Below are positions 37,967-50,437 of a DNA stretch of 64,000 nucleotides, piece by piece. Every line of letters starts with the position of its first letter. Position 1 is the stretch's first letter. Below the pieces are notes generated by a model. That model worked only from the letters and a program-made list of their open reading frames with translations, did not search any database and was not told where the DNA came from. The DNA comes from Psilocybe cubensis (taxonomy: Eukaryota): contig CM038999.1 of the NCBI GenBank assembly GCA_017499595.2, positions 3,472,001 through 3,536,000 of the forward strand. The letters run 5' to 3'. The position numbers and the translations under genes were made by a program.

Positions 37967-38739
37967 TGTCGAGATGCGTTGGATGAGATTGGGTACAACG
38001 TAGAATCAAGGGGAAGTACTCCAAGAAGTGATAGCATATACCTTGACCGGTCGGGTTTATGAGCACTCCCGGGAGAAAGACAGAATTTTAAAACAGGCAA
38101 GAAGAACAAAGCCGGCCGGGAAACGAAGAGAGTCAAAAGTAGCGAAGTGAGTTGGACCCCCTTAAACTTCCGTTATCGGGATGAAGGCAAGGAATTGAAT
38201 GATACAGATTCGGCTGTATGTGATAGCATGAGTCTTTGTGATCTCATGTAGACGAGAAGAGGTCAGAAAATTCAACGTTCAAGCCAAACTTTGGTAATAA
38301 GGTTGTAAATGAGGGCTCTCCAAATAGATATCTCTGGGGATTAAGCGCGTTCGGACCTAGTCGGTAGATCTACAATGTTCTTCGATGAAGAGTCAGCTTT
38401 GTGGGTTCTTGTATGGCTCAGGAGGTGTGATAGTGGTGTGATGATGGGCGTTGTCGTCAGGTCCACAATAATGACAGTTGTCCGTTGCTCTACATTTAAT
38501 TTCCCGACCGGACGTAACCGGGAGATTTGGGTTAATGCTGTCAGTGTCAGTGTGGTTGTTCTTGAATCTTCACCTCCACTCGGTTCCAAATTCAACAAGC
38601 ATGTATTCATGCAAACCAACTCGAATCTTTGAATAGACTGCTTTTAAGGTAACTCGAATAAAGACAATAATGATACATTGAATTCTTTCCCTCTCATTTA
38701 CCATGCCCCAACTGCCTAACGCGCATATACGCACTTTTC

Positions 38740-39778
38740 TTACCGGATGTCCTCCGAAATTTCGTTCTCCAAGAACCGTGCCCATTCGATTTTGTCCATG
38801 GTGTAACTTTCGGCTTGTGGGTCTGGGAACGACCCTTCCCTAACTGCCTCGCCGTAACTCTGGACTGCATTGTCACGAATCTCTTTCATATTCCCGAAAC
38901 GACGAACGAATTTTGCTTTGTGCCCTGACCATGTGCCCATTACATCGTCGTACACCAGGACCTAATCGACACCAAGTCAGCCACGAAGAATGTACATCAA
39001 AGGATGTACCCACCTGTCCACTGGTGTGGGGACCTGCTCCGATTCCAATTGTCGGAATTTTAAGTCGGTCCGTGATGTATTTTCCGAGCTCCAACGGGAC
39101 GGCTTCGACGACAACTGCAAATGCGCCAGCCTCCTGAAGAGCCAACGCATCTGTAACAACTTTCTTCGCGGCCTCTGCACTTTTCCCTTGCACCTTGTAG
39201 CCCGACAGCGCGCAGTGTCTTTGGGGAAGAAGTCCAACGTGCGCCATAACCGGGATCCCAATATCCGTTAGCCGTCGGACCACGTCTGCTATTTCGCGAC
39301 CACCTTCAAGCTTGACACCTTCAACTCTGCCCTCCTGAACTAGCCGAACAGCATTGGCGACGGCATTCTGTACCGACGTATGGTAGGTGCCAAAGGGCAT
39401 ATCGGCGATGAGGAATGGATGTGTGGTGCCCCGTGCTGCGGCCTTTGCATGATGAATCATCTCGGACAATGTGAGTTGTGTCGTCGATGCATATCCGAGA
39501 CATACTTGCGCCAACGAATCGCCGACCAGCGTGATATCGGTGAGCAGTGATGACGAGCATGCTAGTGCGGATGGATAATCGTACGCAGTCAACATTGAAA
39601 TCGGTGTCTTAGATTGGCGAAGAGCCTGTAACGTTTGAATCGTGACTTTTTTACGAGGGATTGGAGGCGTCGCAGGGTCCTGCGATGGAGGTCGAACGCT
39701 CATCCATCGTCGTAGTTGTGGGCTGGCGCGGAAGATGAAGTCGTGTGATAGACGTCGGTGAGCAAATGTCGTCGACAT
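38740..39778 (-). CDS. panB: 3-methyl-2-oxobutanoate hydroxymethyltransferase (ketopantoate hydroxymethyltransferase), mitochondrial
   Basis: MLTAYDY, LVGDSLAQV, ADMPFG, VKLEGG, HVGLLPQ, IGIGAG...GQVLV; Arg/Ser-rich presequence; one intron. Yeast ortholog ECM31. Confidence 0.96.
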
Positions 39779-39928
39779 TTTGTCTTTTGTTATAGTGTGG
39801 AAGTTGATCTTTTTGTTTTAAGAATGTCTTTGATTTATGGACTCGAAATTGCGTGGAGTAAGGATTTGACTTAATGTCGACTTGTCGGTGTCATCAGAGA
39901 GCAGAGTGTAGTGCACCATTTTGAAGAA

Positions 39929-40440
39929 AGTCATGCCTCCGAAAGGGCGGCATGGTTCGATCCCCGCGAGCATCGTATTGTCGAGGCTCGCCTGAGGTGA
40001 TTATCGTGTCATGAATCTCTCGGCGATGACACAAGCGGAACAACCCCGGCAAATGCCTCCGCCACAAACTTCGCGAATTACCCTGAGTCAGTCAGCCATT
40101 TCTGCCATCTAAATTCAAGATAACTCAAACGATACCGGATAAAGACGCTATCGATGGCGAAGATTCAACGAAACCATTTGTATGGCAGATTTCATTCCAT
40201 GTGTGTCGGATGTCGCTGGATGTCGTTCATCAATACCGGCTATGGATATTACCGGTAGCCGGAGGACATATATGTCACGTTGTGGACGCATCGCGATTAG
40301 CGCGAGTATGAACCTTTGAAGGGGACCGTGACGAGGTAAGCTCCTAATAACTAATCACTCTAATGATACCATCTTGCTGCTTAAGTTTGGTTTCAGAAAG
40401 TTAAATTCTACCTACACGCCGAAGTAGGAAGCCAATTTTT
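39929..40440 (+). ncRNA. Candidate structured non-coding RNA of unknown class
   Basis: More than 8 helices with G-U pairs on the + strand, a GAAA tetraloop, B-box GGTTCGATCCC at 39954-39964, terminal hairpin followed by T5, and no ORF of 60 aa or more. Confidence 0.5.
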
Positions 40441-41256
40441 AGGAAATTTGAATATGCTAATAATCTAGGTAGAGAAGGTTTTTTGACTGGAAAGAACTCT
40501 GCATCTTCCTGCCCTGTGCCTTTTCAAAGTGGTAGATAAGTGTACATCCTCTTCCTTTGTCAGATATTGATAAATACTCTGTCTGGAGAATTCCCCCCAC
40601 GAACCACAAGGACCCTAAAGAACTTGTTCGACTTGGCCTCTGACATAGGGTCCAAGATTGGTTTATCGAAGGTCGTTTGTCGTTTGTAAGGCATTGAAAT
40701 TCTCGGGTATTTTCGGGTAAGTATGGCCGTTGAGGGTACGGCGCTCTCGCCATAATCAAGTTATTTTTAAGTTTCAATTCGAGAATGCCCTACCAAAATA
40801 ACACAGGACCAAACTGTGGCAAGTACAACCAGTGCTTATTCAATATAAACCATGGGTAAGAGGAAGACGGTTTCATTTCAGAACAGGCATATCGACTTGT
40901 AAACAACTTGCCATGGACACGTTTTCTTCATAGATGGAAAACGTTTAATCAGTTCGTTTAATTTTCTTTGCAAGGTGATTCAATAATTGTTTTTTTGTGT
41001 CAAAGTGACTACGGCTCCGCTGTCAAGGCCACCTCAGTGGCCTTCGGTGTCAAACGAAATGAACAAAGAAGCCATTGATTTTTTCAAATCAATGCGTTCA
41101 TACGTGCATTTGAATAAAAGCCTTTGACTCATTGGGTCCATTACACTGGTAAAATTTGATTCGAAGAGCTTGAGCTGTGTCCTACATTCAACTCTCACCA
41201 GTCAGACTCATTCTCGAAGTAATTCACTTACCAACTCCAGTGAACCACAAGACACA

Positions 41257-42138
41257 ATGTCAACGGCGCAGACTTCGACGGTTCCTGACACATTATTCAA
41301 TTTCGAGCTAGTATGTTTTCAGGCATGTTCTGTGGCATCTTAATACATGAGATACTGACGTGCTTGTTATGAGCTGCAGGTAGAAAATACAGTATTTCGT
41401 ATTCTGAAGCACACCATCATGCTTCCAGGGACGTTTTTTGAGACGATACTCTCTGTGCCACAGTCATCCAGCAAAGAAACCCTGGGTTCTAGTAACGAAT
41501 ACCCGATTCCGTTATGCGGTATTAATGGCATCAGCCTTACAGCAAAAGATTTTCGCTCATTCCTGGTTGTTATCCATTCGTGCGTCTTTAGTGTTGGCAT
41601 TTGACCAGTATTTCTCATTTTTTTGCCTCATTAATCAGTAACGGTAACACCCCTGCAATGATCGCTGAAGATTGGATATCAGTGCTACGTCTTTCTGTAT
41701 TGTGGAGGTTCAATAAAGTGCGTTGCCCCTAAGCTAAACACGATTACTAGCGACATTCACGGATCATGAATTTGGCTGGGGCAGATCCATGAAACAGCCA
41801 TGAACATTCTCTCTACCAGGATACTTTTCATGAAATGGACAGAGAAGCTGAAGTTAGCTAACGAATTTGGCGTGGCTGAGTGGCGTCGAGATGCCTACAT
41901 TGATCTTGTCCAAAAACGCCGCCTCACTTTGGACGAGTTAACAGAACTCGGCGAATCCCAACTGAATTGGGAAACCATTGCCAAAATCTTTTACATTCGC
42001 GAAATGCTGGATTGCCCTCCTGGTTGCGCGAACGCACCTATTAGGTCACAGAACGAAGCAGCAACGCCATCATTTCCCAATGAAGCGAGACAATTGGTCG
42101 ACCAATACCTCCTTAAGGTCGATGTTAGGAATATTTAA
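41257..42138 (+). CDS. Agaricomycete BTB/POZ-domain protein
   Basis: FNFELVCFQ|(GC-AG intron) VENTVFRI...FRSFLVVIH|...WISVLRLSVLWRF|...LNWETIAKIF. Confidence 0.8.
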
Positions 42139-42595
42139 TTCAGACTGCTGATCCTCATTGACTTTGCCCACATGGCAGTGACGTATGTACCTCCACTGAC
42201 CTTGGGTTTTGTTGCTCCAATTCATCGTGTTGTTCTGGAATAGTCTTACGTTGTGATCGTTTTGATAAAAAATGACATGTATCCGTCTGAGGGACTTGGA
42301 TGTGGGAGTGAGGCTTGTTAATGGAACGCTTTATTTTAAAATAAAGGGGGATCAAACAACTTCAAAGATATGATTGACTTTTGGAAAAATTATATCCAAC
42401 TTTCTTTGTGTATCGAATAGCTGGAATTGGATCCTACAAAGCGAATAATATGGACAAAGGGAAGCCAGTGGATATATGATGCACTGCAATTCGGGGTAGG
42501 GGTATAACTACCCTCGTTCACATTGGCACCTTCTGCCTTGAAACTAACGGAATCCTGCTAATAGTGTATACCACAACCTGAAAACGCGAAGATAC

Positions 42596-43386
42596 ATGTC
42601 GGAATCACAAGAATTAGCAAGGCCTGACGAAATTTTCTACTTCGATCTCGTCACCTTTCAGGTATCCTTGATGACCTCGTATCTGTTACAGAGACAGGAC
42701 TAATATACAAAACCTCACTGGCAGGTTGGGAACACGTTCTTTCGAGTTCTACGGCATGATCTAGCTTGTGGAACCATAATGGACGACAGATACGATGATG
42801 GCCCAATTTATCTAAGTGGCATTACAGAAAGAGATTTTCGTTCATTTCTCAGTGTTATATACCCGTGAGAGACAAAAGTATTGCTTCCGATTATGCAATA
42901 GCTAATGTAGTATATTTTCATTCAACAGTATCGATCGCCACAACCCGTTGGCGTACGAAGATTGGAAAAGCGTTCTTCGTCTGTCGACTCTATGGAAATT
43001 CGATCAAGTGGGTTTTTTTCTACAGGCAACGGATAACATTGGTTTTATTGTTTAATTGATAAAATTTATAAAAGATTCGTGATAAGGCCATAAATTGGCT
43101 TTCGTCTGCCATAATCTATAAAGATTGGGCAGAAAGAATAAAGACGGCCAAGGAGTTCAACATTACAATTTGGCTCAGAGATGCATACGTTGACCTTGTT
43201 CAAAAAAACACCCTTAGCTACGAGGACCTTACCAGCGGGGAATATTCACTTGAGTGGGATACCGTAGCCAAAATATTCTTCATTCGAGCACAGGTACTAT
43301 CATCTGGACAGGGGGTCAAGGAGAATATGAAATCTTGGAAGGTTGCCAGAGCTTTAGTAAATGAGCATCTTCTCAACAATAGTTAA
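42596..43386 (+). CDS. Agaricomycete BTB/POZ-domain protein (not in ORF track)
   Basis: MSESQE...FYFDLVTFQ|VGNTFFRV...FRSFLSVIYP|...WKSVLRLSTLWKFDQ|IRDKAINWL...LEWDTVAKIFF; tandem paralog of the preceding gene. Confidence 0.8.
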
Positions 43387-43578
43387 TTAGCGTAACGAGG
43401 ATCGAGAGTGATTGGTCTAATTACTTGTAAAACTCCCCCTCAACCAATACTCACTATTAGTACGGTGATGATAGTCCGACTTGAGAGACTCGTCACTCAG
43501 TTATTCATTTTCCTAATTGAAACAAAATTATGCGTTAAATTATGGAAGGAAATTGTTCTAAGCTACGAAAAAGTTCAG

Positions 43579-44430
43579 TTATTTACTTCGAACCAAACGC
43601 TCTTGTCTCTCTTTTGCTTTTGCCCGTTCTTGGGCAAAAAAGGTCAAACTGAAGGAACTGTCAACATACTCCTTCACTAATCGCATCTTCGGAAGCGCGT
43701 CGGGTCCAGCAGATTCTGACACTGGAGCGTAGTGGATAACGAGGACGTGCTCGTTTGCGTATGGCACACCAGAGACTGATACGCCATTTGAAGAAGCCTG
43801 CCATTCAATTGAAGTATGATTAGCCGTTGACATACAGAAAGATCGCCGAAGGGTTAAAAATAGACAACGTTCTCATCTTGGCAAGAAGAGGAGCAAAGTG
43901 AATCAAAAATATGTGCAAGACATACATGGGCCGTCATTTTGTTGTCGGCTTCAATCACTTCGTGTATTGTGACCTGGGGGTTGAACATGCCGACGAGTTT
44001 ATGGCACATCATGATTGTGTTGTAAATGATTCAGGTTCCGAGTTGAGGGTTGAGTCGAGCGGTGTGTCAGGGTGGATTGAGATTGATTGAAAACAAAAGG
44101 TACAAAGAGAATTCGTATCAGAACAGGTCACAAGTGGCAGATGTCAAGGTAGAGACTCACCTGGTAGGTTTTGAAGAAGGGACGCAAAGCTCTCAGGTAC
44201 TCTCCGTATTGTCGTTTGTTTAGGACGGGGCGACCCAGGGACTGTGGCAGGATGCGATGTTCAAGAGCGTCATCGAAAAATTCCATCGTGCGATCGACGT
44301 CCCAGGCTTCGGCAGCTTTAACGTATGCAAGAAACGCGCGTAGATTAGGGGATGGTGACGATGGAGCAACAAACCCATAGTTTGGAGATTCGCTAGGGTT
44401 GAAGCGGTTTAGAGAGTCGGACGACATCAT
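43579..44430 (-). CDS. SnoaL/NTF2-like fold protein
   Basis: FFDDALEHRILPQSLGRP, VTIHEVIEADNKMTAH, ASSNGVS...YANEHV...VKEYVDS; three exons. Confidence 0.7.
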
Positions 44431-45920
44431 CGGTAAATGGCTAAGGGTGGGGGTGTAACGGTTGTGGTCTCTGAAGCGGAGCTGGCAGATGATTGGGGAA
44501 GTTATTTCAAAGAAGAATAACAGCAGCTGACGCGTCGGTGGCTTAGCGATATTGAAATGGACCCACACAAAGCAATAGTTGGAAGCAGTAAGGTAAGAGG
44601 TGCAGTGATATACGTCGAGATAATAAAGCGGCTGATCGGACTCAAAATACTCACGTTACAGTTATAAGCAGCTTTATGTCAAGGGGCGTGGAGGTCTATT
44701 CTTCCGAGAAAGGGCCCTGAGAGAATTAGACTCGATTTCCCATGAAGAAGTCCCCTTGCAGTTGTAGCCACTGGGAAGTTGAGGCGCACCCAGGCCAGAG
44801 CACCAAGGAGACTTGAGCCAAAATGAAGGACCAGTTATAAGAGGAAACTATCGGGCAGCCGCTGGGTCTCACCGATAAGTATCATAGATTAAAATTGATA
44901 GCCCACAGACGAGATCTTAGCGAGAGATCGGGATCGATACCGGTAAAGTATGAGGGTTATACAGAGAAAATCAATATGGGCCAAGTTCAAAGTATATTAG
45001 ACAACTTCAATTGATCTCGCGCCCGACAAGAACATCAATTTGGGGTTAGAATCAGAGGTAACAGCACTTGGTGCAGACACAGGTAGCCACCTAGCGAGGG
45101 GCAAGTTCCGAACCAATTGACCATCCTTGATGAGAGTCCGGTCTTGTGTGGTCCTTGAGTGGTCCAGCGCGAGTCCAACAAGTACATATGCACAGTGTCG
45201 AGAAAGTAATACCATGGGGATGCAGATATACTGTAAATAAATTGAAGAGTAGGTCATTGCACCTGAACCCTAGGGTACTGGCCGCCGCCATCGTACTAAA
45301 TACTTCTCAGGTCAATTGTTAGTAGATTTTCTAGAAATGATTATCAGATACACAAAATTTCAGTAAGCGTTTGAATATAAAAAAACCAATACGCGTGGAC
45401 TGTCTGCACCATGGAAGGCATTGCAACGCGAGTTGGCCTTCAGGCGTGGTTTAAGCGCAGTGGTGCACGTAATTCGTTGATGCGTGCATATGCCAAAATG
45501 AAGAGGCCGATTGTTGAATTGAGTGAGCGTACCAACCAGCCATTTTGTGTCAGCCTTTTTTCGCGATAGTGGAAGCAAGAGATATATAGATATCAACTGC
45601 CGAGTGCTTGTATCGAGTGATCGTACACCGGGTTTGTCGTTGTACGACAAAATCGTGGAAACCGTGTTTAAAGATGTTATTTATCCAATAAGGTACAGTA
45701 GAGAGTGAGCTGTAGTGTGTAACATAGTAGCAGCACAAATATACAAGAAGTGATGGTACATAGACTTAACTTTTGTTGGGGTTTCATAGCGACATGATGC
45801 ATGTGTGGTACAGTAACAGCATAGAGGGGAGAAATTAAAAATCAATGCAAGAAAGGGTCCAAAAGAAATAAAAAATAGAAAGAAGACCGCCATCGCGGGA
45901 GTACAGACATATTGGGTTGA

Positions 45921-47485
45921 TTAGATGAGAAAAACATCCTCCTTTTCGACTTCGTAGGACTCGAGGCGTTTGAAATATTCAATTCTTTCCTGACGCGCTC
46001 GTTCCCAACTCTACAACAAACCCTGGTTAGTTACACGATGCCAAAATAGATACGTTGAACGAGCAACAAATGAAGACGTACCTCTTCCGACTCTTCTTCG
46101 TGAACATTGACAATATTAGCCACCTGCTTCGATGTGGGCCTCTTTCTCATTGCTGCCGATCGAGACTTGCTGACAGGTTTCTGGGCACTCTTTCCTTTGC
46201 TCTTGACGACAAGCTTATTTGAACGGTCTTCTTCTTCTCTGCCCAACTGTAATCGGCGCAAAGGCTTCTCTCGAGACCTAAGGTTTCGCGATACGGCATC
46301 AGGATCGACGGTAGTGGTTAGGTCGAGTTGCGACCCTTTCAAGGCCTCGAAGCTGCGCTCAAACTCCTCGTTAAATTTGTCAAGAGGATTGTTGGAGAGG
46401 GCTTGGGTCGGCAGTTTACGCGCCGATGCTTTAGTAGGGGAGGGAGAAGGCTCGACAGAAGAGGAGCAAGGGCTGAAGATGTCGTGTCCCTCGTGCGACA
46501 TTCGCCTTCGCTTTTGCTTGTCCTTGTGAGGCGTCGGCGGGGTTGCATAATGGACCTGGTCGTGTATTTCCTCAACAGCTTTTGAAGGTTCGTCTTCTTC
46601 GTTTTCCAGGGAACGCTTCAAGCGAGGCACGGGGCGCGGTGAAGATGTTTCGGCAACCAGGACCACTGCCTCTTCTTCGTGGTCATGACCAGAAACGAGA
46701 AGGGCAGCTGCCTCACGATCAGCCTTGAGTTTGCGCTCCAGGGATACGAAGCCAAAAGGGTCAGAGTTCGAGCTGAGTGGGCCGACGCTGGCCTCGGAGT
46801 CGTGATTGCCAATGTCTTCGTCCTGCCATGGTTCATCAACATCTTGTGCAGCTGAGTGCGTGGAGGGGAAGGTGACGTTGTCAAGAAGTACTGGAGCAGA
46901 AGAAATTGGACGCATGGATGGCGATGCATAATGAGCGGAGGGTGGAGAAGACGGGGGAAGGGGTGATGTAAACTTGGGAACAGGAATTGCGGATGCGGCG
47001 ATAATGTCAGGAGATGCGAAACTTGCGACAACATTTGTGGTCTCGGTGGGTCGAGAACCTACCACACCATCGGCACCATCATGAACAGGAGCTTCCTCGC
47101 CACGGTTGGCAGCCTCGGCCTGCGCTGGTAGAAACTCTGCTGTGATGTCCTGCAGCGGTTGCTTCTTTCGTTTGAGAGCAGGAGGCGGGCGTATGCCCTT
47201 TCCCTTCGAGATTGTCTTGTTTTTTGCGGTGGTCTTGTCTGCCTGTACCTTGTTTGTCGTCGGGGTGATTTGCCCGAGAACGGCAATGTTCGAGCCTGCC
47301 AATAGTCCAGTCCGGCCTGCAGCTCGCGCTTGCGACCTGGTTTCTCGAGTTCCGGACGGACCCGCATTCTCCTTCTCGCTGCCGGCCATGCTGTTCACAT
47401 TCTGACGTCGAGTACGAGAGCCGCTGGTGCTGGCTGTATTTGCTGCATCCCACTGCGAGCGGGTAACGTTTCTCGTCTTGGGCAT
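45921..47485 (-). CDS. Disordered protein, probable Sororin-like cohesin regulator (~497 aa)
   Basis: KEN box (47366-47374), DPFGF (FGF at 46748-46756), many S/T-P sites. Intron 46011-46081 adds the C-terminal WERARQERIEYFKRLESYEVEKEDVFLI. Confidence 0.65.
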
Positions 47486-48691
47486 GTTGTGAAGTAAATG
47501 CCTAACCCAAGAACTTCTGGTTGATGTTAAGAATATGGTATATGCTTTAGGATGTGTTCACCTGGAATCGATTATGATTAGTACTGCGATATCCTAAAGA
47601 TTAGATGTTAACCGAAACCCTTACGTCAATCCTCAAGGACCTCTGATAGGTATTCAAATCAAAAAGGCGGGGTTGTTAGTTTACGGTGTAGAAGGGTGTA
47701 GATAACCTCGCAAAAGAGATGGGTGAAAATCCAAAATAAACGAAGACGGTCAAAGGAAGAGGCCGAAAACACTAATAAACAGATTAATAGACCGACCGAT
47801 CGTGTGAAAGCGTATGAACCTGCATTAGACGCGTTTGTCACATGACGCAGGACGCGTCGCGGGACGCGCAAGCACGTGCACGATTGTAGCAAGTGAATAC
47901 AGGGGACACTGAAAAGCAAATAAGTGATAGTGACAGACAACTGGCGCCCGGAGAAATTATTCACTATGCGGAAATCTCCCAAAAATTAACTATAGCATTA
48001 CACAATAATTAAATTACAGAGTTATATCTGCTTGATCCAGATAAACATACAATAATCTTATGTTGTACTGAAGGTGTCAGAACTTGTAAGGAGCCTTATC
48101 AGACGAAGCTAACGTTAATACAATTTGTTCGTAGATGTTCAGTTCACCAGAAAAGGAGGTGCACTGTGCAGAAGTTGTGCAGACTCCAGACCAGGAAAAA
48201 ATGTTCAAGTTATTTAGATGGCCGGGAACTTGCCGGGAACCAGATGGGCCCGGACCAATCGGGATGGCCACATGGTGTTGGTAACGATGCATTCTATGCC
48301 CGACTCGGACGTTGGCCGGCCCTTTGCCGACTACCACTGCTAGTCAACCATATTGGTACCACCAGTTCAACATGCTTATTCCTGATGGTCAACCATAGAA
48401 AAGATAATTATTTGGTGAGTAATTTATCATAGGCTGTAAGCCTCTTATATGCTATATCGCCGGAGGTACTTACAGGTTGAATCCAGGAATTTCAATGACA
48501 TCAAATAGCATAATGACTCCAGTCCGTCATCGGCAAAGGTTGCGCAGTTGGGTTAGGTGGGGGTGACAAATATATCCCATGTGCTTCGCCATTATACTCG
48601 CAGCGGTCCTGATTGCTGCGGTTTATCACGTACAACAACATATAAACTCGTCAGGAACATTCACTACGGCTTACCCCTGCTACTATTCATC

Positions 48692-50437
48692 ATGATATAC
48701 CACGGCAACGAAACGCCAAAAAATCATAACAAGTCACCGATTCCATCCCAGAACAACCAGGCAGGTGCAAGCTCCCAGCATCCACCTCCACCTCCACCAT
48801 CGTATGAGAACTACCGTGATTATCCTCAACCCCAGCATCAACCGTATCTACATCCCCGACCTCATGTAGTTTCAGTTGATAGCGCACTCCTCTATCCTCA
48901 AAATGAATACCGACAGAGCCCCGGCCGGCGCTTCTTACGCGCTTTCCTTGTCGCGGGTTTGATTTGGCTGTTGCTTACTGCGTTCTTCCAAAGTTTGCAC
49001 CTGATGGTTCGCCGGAGTAGACACGGTGGCTGGGTAAGTCACCATTCTACTTTTAACTCATATTGCAGCATATTGCTCTGCATACTTTGTGCTTATGCTC
49101 CCTCCTTGATTTCTTTGGAACATAGCTTGACTCCTGGGATTATTCAATTCCACCGCAAGTAAATCTCGACACCTGTGTTCAAGGCGCGAAATGGACAGAA
49201 GTGCCCAACCCAGTGCCCGGCGAATACTACCGACTGGCTGCCGAGACTTCCTTCGAACTTCCCCTCTCCTCCGAAACCCTGTTTCTGCTTTCACGAGGGG
49301 ATAGGCTCGGAGGCGCTGTCAAAGTGAAAACATCGAATGATCAAGCAAAAGATACCGCCTTAGTGAACGTTCTAATCCGGTACCGTTTGCCGATTGTAGC
49401 TGAGCGCACTAAAGCGTGCTTGGTGAACAAAGGCAACAACGAGAACGGTGTTGGTCTGTTTGTGGGTAACCTTTCTGCAACTCTCATTCCCGAGTTATGC
49501 TTAACTACCACTGCACAGGCACCCGTATACCATGGGGGATCTCCCGGAACAGAATACCAAGTGTCATTCGAAATCACAGTCACTCTCCCTGAACACGCTG
49601 CTTCAAATCCACTCGATATCAAAAACTTTGAGACGGATGTCCACAATAGCAGGCACGATTTTGCAGACCTCGGGGCCAAAGTTCTCTTTGAGACTATTAC
49701 CGTTAAAGGGACAAATGGGCGCATTGAAACGAAGGTACTGTCCTTTTATGTTAACAATCATTGCAGTTCAATCTGATTAGAGACTAGTCGTTAACCGCCC
49801 GCCGAGGGTACATTCAAACCACAAACGGTGGCATCGCAGGGAAGTTCAGCACAAACGAGACTCTGCGGCTCGTGACAAGCAATGGGAGGATCACCGCAGA
49901 TGTTAACCTGGAGTGTGAATCTACAGAAGTGCGCCCCAAACTACAGGCTTCTACCACTAATGGGTATGTCATATTATCCCTAAAAAATCGAGGCCTTTTT
50001 TGACGCAGACTGCGTACATAACCTGCAGCCGCATCGACTCGAATATCAACCTGATTTCGAAGCTGGGTGGAGGGCAAGGTGGCGCCTTCGATGTATCCAC
50101 AACCACTACCAATTCCCAGCTCGATGTTAAGTTCCCCAAATCTCCAGTAGACTCTACCCTCGATTTCACCGCATCTACCACAAACTCACGCGCTAGAGTT
50201 ACCTTGAACCCCGCGTACGAGGGCACATTTGACCTGCGCACGTCCTCGTTTACTAAGCTTAACATCGACCGATACCAAGGCGAAGATCCTGCTGGAAAGA
50301 ACAGGAAGAGGCTAGTTACTTATACCCAAGAAAGGAAGAATCAGGCTAAGGGATACGTCAGTTGGGATCCAGAAAACGCTCACAGGGGATCAGTGGTGGT
50401 CAGCACGACTAACTCTGCTCTCTATGCTCGCATTTAG
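48692..50437 (+). CDS. Single-pass membrane protein with PPxY tail and beta-rich (DUF4097/adhesin-like) ectodomain, paralog 1
   Basis: PPPPPPSY, RRFLRAFLVAGLIWLLL transmembrane segment, repeated TxNGxI turns, YEGTFDL, VVVSTTN end. Confidence 0.78.

Noticed and set aside
39905-39935. tRNA-Sec-like CTTCAAA loop on the minus strand
   Set aside because: The stem is poorly paired, and the T-loop motif is on the opposite strand.
39923-39937. RNase P/MRP CR-I-like GAAGAAAGTCATGCC
   Set aside because: It pairs locally in a hairpin, and no convincing CR-V partner was found near the 3' end.
39929-40620. Telomerase RNA as the identity of the structured locus
   Set aside because: No template of 8 nt or more complementary to TTAGGG within the structured part (only ACCCTAA near 40612, past the T5) and no clear pseudoknot. 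It cannot be supported without the host telomere sequence.
40457-40777. 106-aa ORF, and similar short intergenic ORFs at 33206-33550, 44997-45650, 48077-48432 and 57638-57964
   Set aside because: No recognisable motifs or coherent exon structure; cannot be called genes from sequence alone.
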